DNA from: Mayamaea pseudoterrestris
Lineage: Eukaryota
Assembly: GCA_027923505.1 (NCBI GenBank)
Contig: BROI01000007.1
Span: 744,001-808,000 of the forward strand
Direction of reading: 5' to 3'
DNA: 64,000 nt
Position numbers and translations under genes: made by a program. The notes below the pieces were generated by a model. The model saw only the letters and a list, made by a program, of their open reading frames with translations. It had not been told where the DNA came from and did no database searches. Below, piece by piece: positions 19,342 to 29,835 of the stretch; within the stretch, counting starts at the first letter, position 1; each line of letters begins with the position of its first letter.

Positions 19342-20622
19342 TTAATACCGCGTGACCATCGTGTTGCTGAGATAACCGTGGTCAGTCATGACGCTCATGT
19401 CGCGACTATCCGTATACGGGCATTCGTTGCGCCAGACAAAACCGAGACTGTTCATCAGCGCAATTTGTTGGCTTCCAAGGTCGTTGGTGCTGACGATGTA
19501 GGCCCACTGAGCTAGCGCCGGCGAGGGAGGGTAGCGTGGCGGAACATTGGCGTCCCCGTGGGATCGATAGTAGATTTGAAGCTCTACAATGAGCTTTTCC
19601 GTTTCGAAGGTACCACCAGTCGGAATAGGCTGGAGAGTCGAGTCGTAGTAAATGCCCCAGTCGAAGCCAAGCTTTTCGAGCGTGACAAATTGTTCCATCG
19701 ACAGCGACGATCGCTTGCTTCGCTGCAAATAGCACCAGTAGTGAAGCGCCGGGTTTTGATGCTCGAGAACGTTCAAGTGTCCATGGGCACGCTGGAAACG
19801 CTGCAACTCGAGCACTTTTTTGTCGAAAGCGGCAGCCCGAGTGGTTTCGCCGACGGACCATTCAAAGCCAATTCGTTCTAGCTTTGTGATCTTTTCATTA
19901 GTCAACTTTCCTTTCTTGAATTCAGCCCGCATGTACACAATCCAGCGAGCCAAGCTTGGATAGGTTGGTGACTTCTGGGGGACGCGGCAGTTGCCATATA
20001 TTTTCTTGTAGGCAAGGAGCTCTTCAAATTGTGCTGCCCAAGGCTTGTAGTTGCGTTTGGGTCGTGTCGAGCTGGCATCAAGGTTACTTGGTTGCAGAGT
20101 AAAGATCTGTGATGCATCAGCAACGAGAAGCGATTCACCGACGCTGCTCTGACTATCATTGTAGTTGTGGTTCGAAGGTGGGACGACGGTGGGTGAACTC
20201 AAGACAACTTCCGGCAAGATTGACTTGTTACTGCTGCCTGCTGCGGCCAATGAAATCTTCTTAGGGATTTTGTTGGTATGAGGTGCTGGTGCCTGCACCA
20301 TGTTGCTGGTGACGCCGAATGGAGTCTTCTTTGTCGTCTTTGTTTTTAAAGCAGCTGCAGTTGCCTGCCCGGGTGGAATGTTTTCCTTGTTGTCCATTTC
20401 ATTCTCCAACGCAAAGCAAAGAAGACTAAGAGGGTTGGGAGACTTGTTGTCGACCTTGGCTGGACGAGGTGCAGCCGCCTGCTGCTGTCGAACGACAGTG
20501 TCGATGGGATCGGAAACGCGACGAGCCTTCTTGCGCTGAGGAGAGTGGGCGTCGCTCTGATCCGGAGCCTTCGATTGAACACCACGGAGAAGCGACGAAG
20601 AGGGAGAGGAAGCGATCAGCAT
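19342..20622 (-). CDS. Helicase-associated (HA) domain repeat protein
   Basis: Three repeats of W..F.EL..YK..YG.C.VP....L..W....R.......LE.IGFEW; disordered N-terminus with a KEN box. Confidence 0.85.
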   Translation of the reverse strand: MLIASSPSSSLLRGVQSKAPDQSDAHSPQRKKARRVSDPIDTVVRQQQAAAPRPAKVDNKSPNPLSLLCFALENEMDNKENIPPGQATAAALKTKTTKKTPFGVTSNMVQAPAPHTNKIPKKISLAAAGSSNKSILPEVVLSSPTVVPPSNHNYNDSQSSVGESLLVADASQIFTLQPSNLDASSTRPKRNYKPWAAQFEELLAYKKIYGNCRVPQKSPTYPSLARWIVYMRAEFKKGKLTNEKITKLERIGFEWSVGETTRAAAFDKKVLELQRFQRAHGHLNVLEHQNPALHYWCYLQRSKRSSLSMEQFVTLEKLGFDWGIYYDSTLQPIPTGGTFETEKLIVELQIYYRSHGDANVPPRYPPSPALAQWAYIVSTNDLGSQQIALMNSLGFVWRNECPYTDSRDMSVMTDHGYLSNTMVTRY

Positions 20623-21002
20623 GATGATGATAGAAGGAAGGGAAGATTGGGTGCAACACAGACAAGAGACACACTTTTGTGGAGTTGTGTTGTTGACGGC
20701 TTTCGAAAGATCACGACAACGACGAACGCAACGACATCGGTGATTGTGTTTGAAATGTTTAGCTTACTTGATCATGGTATCAAAACATGCCGGCGCGTGA
20801 GATCGAGAACTGCTGTGACACTATGACGGATTAATGATATTTGGCGCGCCGTCGCGCAATGCCGAGCTACTACCTTGTTACCACTCATAGCCGGCAATGC
20901 CTACCGTACTCGTATGATATACGCTTCTTCAAAGTGCTAGTAAATTCAATTACTCATATGAGCCTAACAGCTCATTTAAGATGGATTCACGCATGATTAC
21001 TA

Positions 21003-22184
21003 TCATACCTCAATCTCAAAATGCTTTCGTTTCTCCAATCTGCCATGCCACAAACGACGCCGCATCCTGTCGAGTCGACATGATCTCCAACAGCTTCTCT
21101 CGCGGCTCCATCGCGGTTCCGTCGTCAATGGAAACGTGCCCCAGTGGATGGGAACGGCGTGTTTCGCCTTGGTGGCATCCTTCATGCGCACCGCTTCCAA
21201 AACGTCGGTATGATTGTGCTTCATGAATTCGCGCGGCTCGTAGGCACCAATGGGCAAGGCTGCAACATCAAATGGACCGTAGTTTTTGCCCACTTGCTCC
21301 AGCTGATCGAACCACGCCGTGTCGCCGGGAAACAAGACGCGATTCGTGGAGTCTCCGCATTTTGCTTGGATGCTGTAGCCACACCACAGAGTCTTGTCGC
21401 GGTCTCCCGATCGATTGGACCAGTGGCGCATGGGCAATGATGTAATTTTTATAGCGTTGTTTAAAGTGGTGTCGTAGTCGAACGATTCATGCCAGTCCAG
21501 CTCGTGCAGTGCAACATTCTTGTCCACGTTGCGACGAAACCAGTCGGCGAGACCCAACGGCACCACAAACTGCGCGTTCGAATGTTTATAAAAGTCCAGT
21601 ACCGACGGATAGTCCAAGTGATCGTAGTGATTGTGTGATATCAACACTAGATCAATGTCAACGTGCGCGCAAAGCTCCTGGATGGTGCAAGGCGCTTTGC
21701 GGTAGCGTTTCGGTCCAAACCATTGGGACGGAGAGCAACGATATGAAAAGACGGAATCCGTGACAATGTTGCATCCGTTCATTTGAATGAGCAAGCTTGA
21801 ATGGCCGAGCCATGTCAGCTGAATGTTGTTTGCTGTTTCTTTCGTATCTGATGCAGCTTTGATGCGATCCCAGTCCATGGCAAGGACGGGAAACACCTTG
21901 TCGAGCTCCGTTTCGTCTACTTTGAAGAAAAGCATTTCAGGCATAGATTTCGTCATGAAAGAGAACGCTTGTCGCAAGGTAATGGGAGATGTCTTTGCTC
22001 CGTCGACGGTCCAAGCGTTGCGCTCCTTTACTCGCCGAAGAACGAGTTGATCAATCTCCTTTTGAGTGCGAAAAGTGAGGGTTGCAGAAGCGGAAGATGG
22101 ACTTGACATTGTGAATTTCGATCGACGTATGATAAAAGAGCGGTGGGAGGGTGAGGATAATGCGCGACCAAGACCAACTATCAT
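21003..22184 (-). CDS. NAPEPLD: NAPE-PLD-like metallo-beta-lactamase fold phospholipase D; apparent frameshift near the 3' end
   Basis: LTWLGHSS, ISHNHYDHLD, HWSNR, GDT, LPIGAYEPR and IHWGTF motifs; start at 22184 (mitochondrial-like leader) or 22109. Confidence 0.88.
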   Translation of the reverse strand: MIVGLGRALSSPSHRSFIIRRSKFTMSSPSSASATLTFRTQKEIDQLVLRRVKERNAWTVDGAKTSPITLRQAFSFMTKSMPEMLFFKVDETELDKVFPVLAMDWDRIKAASDTKETANNIQLTWLGHSSLLIQMNGCNIVTDSVFSYRCSPSQWFGPKRYRKAPCTIQELCAHVDIDLVLISHNHYDHLDYPSVLDFYKHSNAQFVVPLGLADWFRRNVDKNVALHELDWHESFDYDTTLNNAIKITSLPMRHWSNRSGDRDKTLWCGYSIQAKCGDSTNRVLFPGDTAWFDQLEQVGKNYGPFDVAALPIGAYEPREFMKHNHTDVLEAVRMKDATKAKHAVPIHWGTFPLTTEPRWSRERSCWRSCRLDRMRRRLWHGRLEKRKHFEIEV

Positions 22185-22392
22185 GGTAATCGGCGCACTG
22201 TGAGTTGCGTTCGTCGAAAATGTGACGGACGGTCTGTGCGTCGTCCGAGAAGAAACGGACCGCGCCAAACCGCGCCGACGAAGATGCGTGGGCGATCCAA
22301 GGCCCTTTCCTCATCCGCCTCATTCATCCATCACGAATAGGCATCCGTCAAAGGATACTGTATCCACTCGCTTGCTACCTTTTTAAACCGCC

Positions 22393-23833
22393 ATGACCAT
22401 GACTTGGCTCTCCAGACTCGCAGCGACGAGTAGTCGCAGAGTCAATTATGCTGCTGCTGCTAGTCACGGACGACGAACCTTTGCTACATCGGAAAATCTC
22501 GTCAAGACGGCCTTGAACCAAATGCACAAGGGTAAGTAAGGCATGCGCGAATCAAGTTAACATTTTATGAAAGCTAGTGATTCATAATCATCTCTCAACC
22601 TCTTCTTTCATGACACAAAGACCTCGGCGGCTCCATGGTTCCCTTTGCCGGCTACGAGCTGCCCGTTTTATTTGAAGGCCACGACCACGGAGGCGTACTC
22701 AAGGAGCACCACTGGTGCCGCGCGAAAGCCGGATTGTTTGACGTTTCGCACATGGGTCAAGTGCGCTGGCGCGGCAAGGATCGCGTGGCCTTTTTGGAGA
22801 CGCTGGTGGTGTCGCCCATTGCCGACTTGAAGGTGCACCATGGATGTTTGAGTCTGATTACCAACGAAACTGGCGGCATTATCGATGACACGGTCATTAC
22901 CAATGCCGGCGACTATTTGTACATGGTCATTAACGGTGCCACCAAGCATAGTGACATGGAGCATTTTCAGAGGCAGCTAGACGAATTTGAGGGTGACGTT
23001 TCCATGGAATACTTGGGTGATGACATGCAGCTGTTGGCGATTCAAGGACCGGCGGCGGCGAGCGCCGTCAAAACACTGCTTCCATCCAACTTTGAGCTGG
23101 AAAAAATGGCCTTCATGACGGGGGTTGATACAACACTTGATGGAGTGAATGGATGTCGTATAACGAGGTACGTGTGATTTGGTTTTTTAAGAATGGTATA
23201 GAGTTACACATGGTGAAGTGTTTCGACTACGACTTACACTGAATTTTTTCGTTGCTCAGATGCGGTTACACGGGAGAGGATGGATTTGAACTTGCCATGC
23301 CGGCAAGTGCCGCCGAAGCCATTGCCGGCAGATTACTGCAGGACCCCAACGTCAATCCGACTGGACTTGGTGCGCGCGACTCGCTGCGTTTGGAAGCTGG
23401 TCTTTGCTTGTACGGAAACGATTTGAACGAAACCATTAATCCAGTGGAAGCGGGTCTCGCTTGGACCATGGGACCCCCAAAGAGTCGAAGACGCATGCAG
23501 CAAGGCTTTTTGGGCGCAGAGCATATTTTGACGCCCGACGGCAAGCTACAAGCCGTGTCTCGCAAACGAATTGGCATTTTCGGCATGAAGGCTCCCGCTC
23601 GGGACCATACGGAAATTTATGACGCCACTGGCGAGACCAAGATTGGAGAAGTCACATCGGGCACGTTTGGGCCGACCGTCAAGGCGCCGGTGGCCATGGG
23701 ATATGTTGACGCGGCGAGCAGCAAGGTGGGGACGGAAATCATGCTCAAGATTCGCAACAAAATGGTCAAGGCGCAAGTGACAAAGATGCCATTCATTACG
23801 CCAAATTATTACAAGGTTCCATCATCAGAGTGA
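22393..23833 (+). CDS. gcvT: Glycine cleavage system T protein (aminomethyltransferase), mitochondrial; exons 22393-22531, 22621-23167, 23260-23833
   Basis: GT-AG introns 22532-22620 and 23168-23259 restore the frame (HK-D-LGGSMVPFAGY; ITR-CGYTGEDGFE); LFDVSHMGQ and GLGARDSLRLEAGLCLYG motifs; Arg/Ser-rich leader. Confidence 0.96.
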
Positions 23834-23938
23834 TTGAATGAAGAAGCTGGTGGCTTACAGGAATTTTTACACAAGCAACCCCTTGGCTAGTAGAATATAT
23901 AGTGTTTCAACGAAGCTTAACATTCAAATCTCATTGGA

Positions 23939-25231
23939 TTATACAAACCTCATGTAGTTTTCAACCATGGTAACGAGCTCTTCATCTACTCCCCAGGATT
24001 CATCGTCCTCTGCGCCTTCATCATCGTCCTCCTCCTCCTCCTCCTCCTCGTCATCCTCGTCATCACTATCCGTTTCGTCATCCTCCATTTCGTCTTCTTG
24101 GATGATGCTCATGCAGCCATCCTGAAGTATAATCAAGGCTTCCTCTGGCGTCAGCTTTCCCATGGCAACCATGGCAGCAACCTCCAGGTTGCCATCAGGC
24201 TCGGACAGTGGCCGACTGTTTGGTTCCTCCGATACCAACTCTGGAACCTTCTGAGCATGTCCAAATCCAATGGGCCAAAACTTGTCCTTGTTGGTATCCA
24301 AAAAGTCACGCCAAGCTGCCCAACTTGACCGCTGCACGTAACTCAGCGCCGTTGAACCGCGCATGTCAATCATGTGCACCAAAAACGGATCATGCTCTAG
24401 CAGCAATTCGATCAATGCAAAGCAAGGTTCCGGTGTCCAGCAAGCATCGTGAAGAGGAGTGCGGCCGTAGTCGTCGCATACTTGAACGCGTGTTCCAGCG
24501 TGAAGCATCACCTTGAGGAGCTGCGCATATCCCCGTCGGCAAACGGTATGCACCAATGACTCGCCGTAGGCGTTGCAAGGGTTTCTACTAATGGTGCCGC
24601 TTGATAGAATGCGCTCGAGTGCACTGACATTGTTTGTGCGCACCAAGTGAATGAGATGGGCGCTGTAGCTTGCTTCCTGAAAGGGAGATGGCGTGGCGTA
24701 GTAGGCTGTATCAAGAGTTGAGTAAACCGTAGTCGCATACCCGCGCGAGGTGAGTATGGCGTTCAAATGCGTCTGTGGATCTGGAATGGAGGTCCGAACG
24801 GGAATGACTGGCATTGCGAGCGCCGGTTTGGGATTGAGTAGCGAAGACAGAACGCTGGAGTTTGCAGCGGTGTCAATGGAGATGCTGCCGAGAGGCTTGG
24901 CCGATTGGGCTCTTTTCTTTAGATCCGCCGACATTTTCTTGTTGGGTGATTTTCGTTGAAACATTTTCTTGAGCTTTGCTAGGCGGTTCATCAAAGGCTT
25001 GGACTCGTCTTTTTCCCGATTGAGCTCCAAATAGTCAATCTGAAAGCTTGCCGGGACGCGAAGACGAGGCTCGTCATCCGCAGCAGGAGTTATTGGCAAA
25101 TCGTCCATTTCGTCCCGCAACGTTCCCGTAAGACTGCTCTCCTCTCCCGTCGAGCCGCAGTTACCCCACAGACTTCTAGCTCCTTCTGTGGTAGATGCGC
25201 AGTTACTTGGTGTTGCGTAGCTCAAGTCCAT
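23939..25231 (-). CDS. Ankyrin repeat protein with acidic C-terminus
   Basis: CNAYGESLVHTVCRRG, DDYGRTPLHDACW and DMRGSTALSYV. Confidence 0.88.
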   Translation of the reverse strand: MDLSYATPSNCASTTEGARSLWGNCGSTGEESSLTGTLRDEMDDLPITPAADDEPRLRVPASFQIDYLELNREKDESKPLMNRLAKLKKMFQRKSPNKKMSADLKKRAQSAKPLGSISIDTAANSSVLSSLLNPKPALAMPVIPVRTSIPDPQTHLNAILTSRGYATTVYSTLDTAYYATPSPFQEASYSAHLIHLVRTNNVSALERILSSGTISRNPCNAYGESLVHTVCRRGYAQLLKVMLHAGTRVQVCDDYGRTPLHDACWTPEPCFALIELLLEHDPFLVHMIDMRGSTALSYVQRSSWAAWRDFLDTNKDKFWPIGFGHAQKVPELVSEEPNSRPLSEPDGNLEVAAMVAMGKLTPEEALIILQDGCMSIIQEDEMEDDETDSDDEDDEEEEEEEDDDEGAEDDESWGVDEELVTMVENYMRFV

Positions 25232-25629
25232 GGCTCGTTTCTGTGAACGATTTTGTCACTTGCTTCTATGGCGACAAAAGAAAATGGCAGGCAACGCATG
25301 CTTGGGCTTCTTTCACGCCCGGGACATATTGCACAATTGCCACTATTCTGAATAGCCTTTGGTCTATATGTATTTGATATAGCCCAAGTTCTCTTATCGG
25401 GCATTGTGAGTGGTGACGTACGCCACATTGCGCATACGTTGCGCACAATGCCAGCGGATTGACGTCAAGACGAAAAGCTAAAATGTCAGTGGGACAAGCA
25501 CGACCATGCAACCATGGAGCAGGCGCAGCTGTAAGTGACGAAAGACACAATGAAAAAATAGAATGCATTCTCTATCACAAATTCTACTTTTATCTATTTC
25601 TACCGTAGTTGCGGCGGCCAAAAGCCCGA

Positions 25630-28518
25630 TTAATGCTTTTGATATGAAGGAAGAGTCGTCTCTGTCAGCTGAACAGTGTCGCCCGATGTCTCGCGATCAG
25701 ACGACCGACCCTTGCACTTGACGGTGTCTACCAAACGTCCTCTCACAAAATAGGAAATGATAATGCTTGACAAAAGTCCAACCATCAAGGCCACCAAGGT
25801 TACTGGAGGAATTTCTCCGTCGCCGAATCCGTTTCCAAAGACGGCTTGGAATCCGCCCAATGCGCTACCGTTCCGTTCGCCCAACTCAAAGACGTTGCGG
25901 CAGTACGATGTCATTTGCCAGCACTCCTCCGTTCCGCTCTGCATCACGTTCCATGCGACCGACTCCAAGCAGTTTACATAAGTCCATCCCCACCCGTCTT
26001 TGCCCAGGTCCATTGACATAGAAGTGTGCGAAACTGCAGTTGAACACTCGGCCATGCACTCACTTCTAGTCTTAAAGCCAAACTGGCTCGCACAACCAGT
26101 GTGCATCCAAACATCACAGGCAGCTTCGCAAGCCCCAAAGTACTCAAGTTCGGGATGCTTCGATGATAATGGAGCACATAGCTCGCTCTTAGGATTGACG
26201 CGACAATCAGTGTCAGCTCCAACCCCAACCCAACCCGTCATTGTTGGATCAATGATATAGTGCTTTTCGTCGTTCGGTCCAACAAACTTTAGCTCATCAA
26301 GCGGCACCGTTTGGTTGATCGTCATAGACTCTCCAGGCTTCAAAAATATCTTTTCGAACGCGCGCAAGCGCTTGTACTCTGGCGTCGTTGACCGAAAGTC
26401 GTCAAAGGTGAAAAATAGAACAGCTTCGGCTCCAGCAACGTTTCCGGTATTTTCAACGACAACAGAAAGATGCAAATCCTCGTCAATTCCGCCTGATGCC
26501 ATCAACTTTGAGTACGCAAACGTTGTGTAGGAAAGCCCATGCCCAAACGGCCACTGCACCTCGCATGGCACAAAATCCCAGTGTGGTAGGGCCCCGACAC
26601 CTTTATTGCAAAGGTCTGAGACGGAACGAAAGTATGGCGCGCCTCCTCCGTCTTCGTAAAGCGGATATGTTATCGGAAGTCGGCCACTTGGATTGACGCG
26701 GCCAGAGATAATGTCAGCAATCGCCGTTCCGGCGCTGGGACCAGGAAGAAACGCCATGATGACAGCATCAGAATGCTCCACCATGTCTTTCAAAAGACGA
26801 GGACGGCCACCGAAGTAAACGAGAACAATCTTTGTTGAGGACGGGGCACTCTCCCGTAGCTCCCTCACAAGCTTATACTGGCCTTCCGGAAGGCTCAAAT
26901 CACGAATATCACCAGGTTTTTCCACGGACGATTCCTCGCCAACGCAAACCACAATGACATCTACGTCTGACGCAACAGACGCAGCTCGCTGAATAGACTT
27001 GTGAACTATGTCAACGCCAAGTGGCGTGTCAGACAAGTCAATGTCGCCATTCAAAGTCAGCGTTTCATCGCATTCACCGCCGAGAATGCCTGTTCCGCAG
27101 TTAAACGAAGCGTCATACGCATCCGATTCCTTCGCCAATGCTTCCCACACGGATTCGCCATACGTAAACCATTCGCTATCGTTTGCCGCACCCTGCCATC
27201 TTCCAGTCCAACTACCAGTCTGGTAAATCAACGAATTCGCCGTCGGACCAGTCACAAGAAGCTTGCGACGAGACTTTGTTGACAGCGGCAAAAGATCCTT
27301 CTTGTTCTTGGTCAAAACAATCGATTGATGAACCATGTCCAGCACACTCTTCTCATCTGAACCAACCAATGCCAAATTTGGATCATCCAAAGTAAGCTCC
27401 TCGTCAAACATGCCAATCTTATCCTTCAATGTCAGCACTCGCAGCGCACTCTCATCAAGTCGCTTCATGTCCAGCCGCTTCTCATCCATTCCATGTTCAA
27501 TCGACGCGGCAAACTCTTCAAATTCCAACGGAATCATGCTCATATCGACCGATCCGTGTCGAAGACTGGTAATGATAGCGTCTTGATACGATGCCGTGTT
27601 CTTGTGCCATTGATGCAAGTTCCGCATCTCCTCCGAGTCTGACACAACGACTCCGTCAAACCCCAGTCGCTGCCGCAGCAAGTAGTTTAATGACTCTCGA
27701 TTGGCCACGTTTGGCACGCCATCATACTCCGTGTAACTTTCCATGACAGTGAAGGCCGTCAAATTCTTCCACGGCAAGACAAAGTACTGATACAAGTGCC
27801 GCGTCGGAATCCAGCTTGGCGCTCGATCATGTCCATCGCGCGGCATGCTGTAACCGATAAAGTGCTTGGCGCACGCCGCCGCGCCACTGGGACGAGCATC
27901 TGCATTGTCGTCTCGCTGCTGAATGCCGTTCACCATGGCGCGCGCCATGTTTCCCACGAGCAGCGGATCCTCGCCAAAGGTTTCAAAGACGCGACTCCAC
28001 TTTGGCTCGAGCGCCAGGCCCAGCAGCGGACTGAACAACCAGTTAACGCCCGCCGCTCGCGTGTCGCGCGACGCCAACTTGCCGGACTCGAACGAGACTG
28101 TAGCGTTGAAGGAGCAGGCAACGTTGAGTGGCTGCGGCGTCAAGGTCGCGCCGTGGACAAAGTTGGCGCCGTGGACGCTGTCGAGTCCCCAAATCACGGG
28201 CGGGCGATGGTGCGATTGCGCCGTGGATTGAATCGCCACCGCAATCTTGCGAAAGTCCAGGGCGGAGAGGGAGTGCGGCTGAAAGGTATTAAAGACGGAT
28301 CCGACGCCTCGCTCTCCGATGTAGTAGTCGAGCGCAGTCTCATTCACTGCAACCTTGCCGTGACTGTCGAGCTGCAGGAGCTTTAAAATATCAATCTGCG
28401 CAAGCTGGCCAATCTTGTCGTCGACGGACATGGAGTCAACGAGCGATGAAAGCTTGGAGGAAGCCTTCAGTTGGCGCTTGCCATGGGAATCATGAGCTTG
28501 ATGGCTGGTCCGGAGCAT
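25630..28518 (-). CDS. Glycoside hydrolase family 3 beta-glucosidase with Fn3-like domain, Cys-rich segment and C-terminal TM anchor
   Basis: GLDSVHG, ETFGEDP, CAKHFIGY, VVVSD (nucleophile), PSGRLPITYP, WPFGHGLSYTTF and LRAFEK motifs. Confidence 0.93.
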   Translation of the reverse strand: MLRTSHQAHDSHGKRQLKASSKLSSLVDSMSVDDKIGQLAQIDILKLLQLDSHGKVAVNETALDYYIGERGVGSVFNTFQPHSLSALDFRKIAVAIQSTAQSHHRPPVIWGLDSVHGANFVHGATLTPQPLNVACSFNATVSFESGKLASRDTRAAGVNWLFSPLLGLALEPKWSRVFETFGEDPLLVGNMARAMVNGIQQRDDNADARPSGAAACAKHFIGYSMPRDGHDRAPSWIPTRHLYQYFVLPWKNLTAFTVMESYTEYDGVPNVANRESLNYLLRQRLGFDGVVVSDSEEMRNLHQWHKNTASYQDAIITSLRHGSVDMSMIPLEFEEFAASIEHGMDEKRLDMKRLDESALRVLTLKDKIGMFDEELTLDDPNLALVGSDEKSVLDMVHQSIVLTKNKKDLLPLSTKSRRKLLVTGPTANSLIYQTGSWTGRWQGAANDSEWFTYGESVWEALAKESDAYDASFNCGTGILGGECDETLTLNGDIDLSDTPLGVDIVHKSIQRAASVASDVDVIVVCVGEESSVEKPGDIRDLSLPEGQYKLVRELRESAPSSTKIVLVYFGGRPRLLKDMVEHSDAVIMAFLPGPSAGTAIADIISGRVNPSGRLPITYPLYEDGGGAPYFRSVSDLCNKGVGALPHWDFVPCEVQWPFGHGLSYTTFAYSKLMASGGIDEDLHLSVVVENTGNVAGAEAVLFFTFDDFRSTTPEYKRLRAFEKIFLKPGESMTINQTVPLDELKFVGPNDEKHYIIDPTMTGWVGVGADTDCRVNPKSELCAPLSSKHPELEYFGACEAACDVWMHTGCASQFGFKTRSECMAECSTAVSHTSMSMDLGKDGWGWTYVNCLESVAWNVMQSGTEECWQMTSYCRNVFELGERNGSALGGFQAVFGNGFGDGEIPPVTLVALMVGLLSSIIISYFVRGRLVDTVKCKGRSSDRETSGDTVQLTETTLPSYQKH

Positions 28519-29835
28519 GGTGAATGTGATCGTTGCGTTTCCTTCCTTCTATTCTATGCAATTGTTTCAGCCTTATGCGATGTAAAGTCTAGTGGCACAT
28601 TCCATCGAATGAAACAGCCGCTCGACCCAGAACCTACATGCTTCCAATAAATCGGAGATGCTCTTTCCAACTTCACGAGAGGCTCGCACGATTGGTCGGA
28701 GTCAAAAAAAAACAAGCCGGTGGTTCACGCACATGACAATGAGCTTTGCCTTCCGCTTCCCATGTGACGCGTATCAATGACGAGACTGACTGTTTTATAT
28801 ACTAGTGCGATTAACTTTCTATTGGCAGTCTATCTATCCCAATATGCTTCAAGACGTGCATGCGCATTGTGGATGTGATGGAGTGAGCAAAAATTAAATA
28901 ATGAGTCTTGCGCCAGCCGCGACTGGATTTTGGGTTAGCTATGGCTGGTTTCATGGTTGACGTCACTTTCGTGGGTCGCGGTACATTTTCTACGTTTGTA
29001 CATTAACACGCATAGTAAAAAATATCAATCAGACATTTCTTGCCTGTTTCTTTCCGCGATAAACGCGTCCCACCATGGCGATTCCGACCGACCTTATTCA
29101 ACGCATTACTGGAAGAAAAGTCATTTCTCTTGCATGTAATCTATGGCTAATCGCCTCATTAGTGATAATGATGTGGAAACGGCAATCAATGGCTTGATTT
29201 TACAAAATTAGGGATGTCGTACACAACTGGTAGTCGCATCACTGCTCAGATGTATCGCCACACAAACGTTTATATGCAGCTCCACGGTCTTGTTTTTTAT
29301 CAGTTCTTCAATTAAAGTATAAGACATCATTTATTAAAGCTTTAGTTCCATGTAGGCTTACTCTTTCCTTAGTTTCACTCCATTTTGTCCGCTGCCTGTG
29401 AGAGGCTGCGAATTCTATCAACAATTTGACACTCTTGGAGCACTTTAATACTAGCGTCTTCTCTACTGGACCTTCTTTGTAGTATAAGGAAGTGTTTCCC
29501 TGCTCGGCGCTAGTATTCATGCTGTCTACAGTCTGTGATGAGCCATGGTGAATCGGCCTCGATGTTGTCGCGACAAAAAAGTGATGCACTAGGGTTATGG
29601 CTAATTGTTTGTACCAGCTCTACGTATTGGCTACGAAAAGTTTGATTTCGGTGAAACCAGCCATACCTACACTGGCTGCATTGGAACGATGCCAGCAACT
29701 CTACATTTAAACTCAAGTCAAGGTAAAAGAAGAAGTTTGTATTTACATTTTATAATTGTAGCAGGGTGCAACGTTTGTGAGAATATGTACTAACTGAAAA
29801 ACTGTCGCGCTAGGCAGCTCGACCGCAACGAGGAG

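Noticed and set aside
27796..28386. 196-aa antisense ORF over the GH3 gene
   Set aside because: GC-rich antisense shadow of a well-supported CDS.
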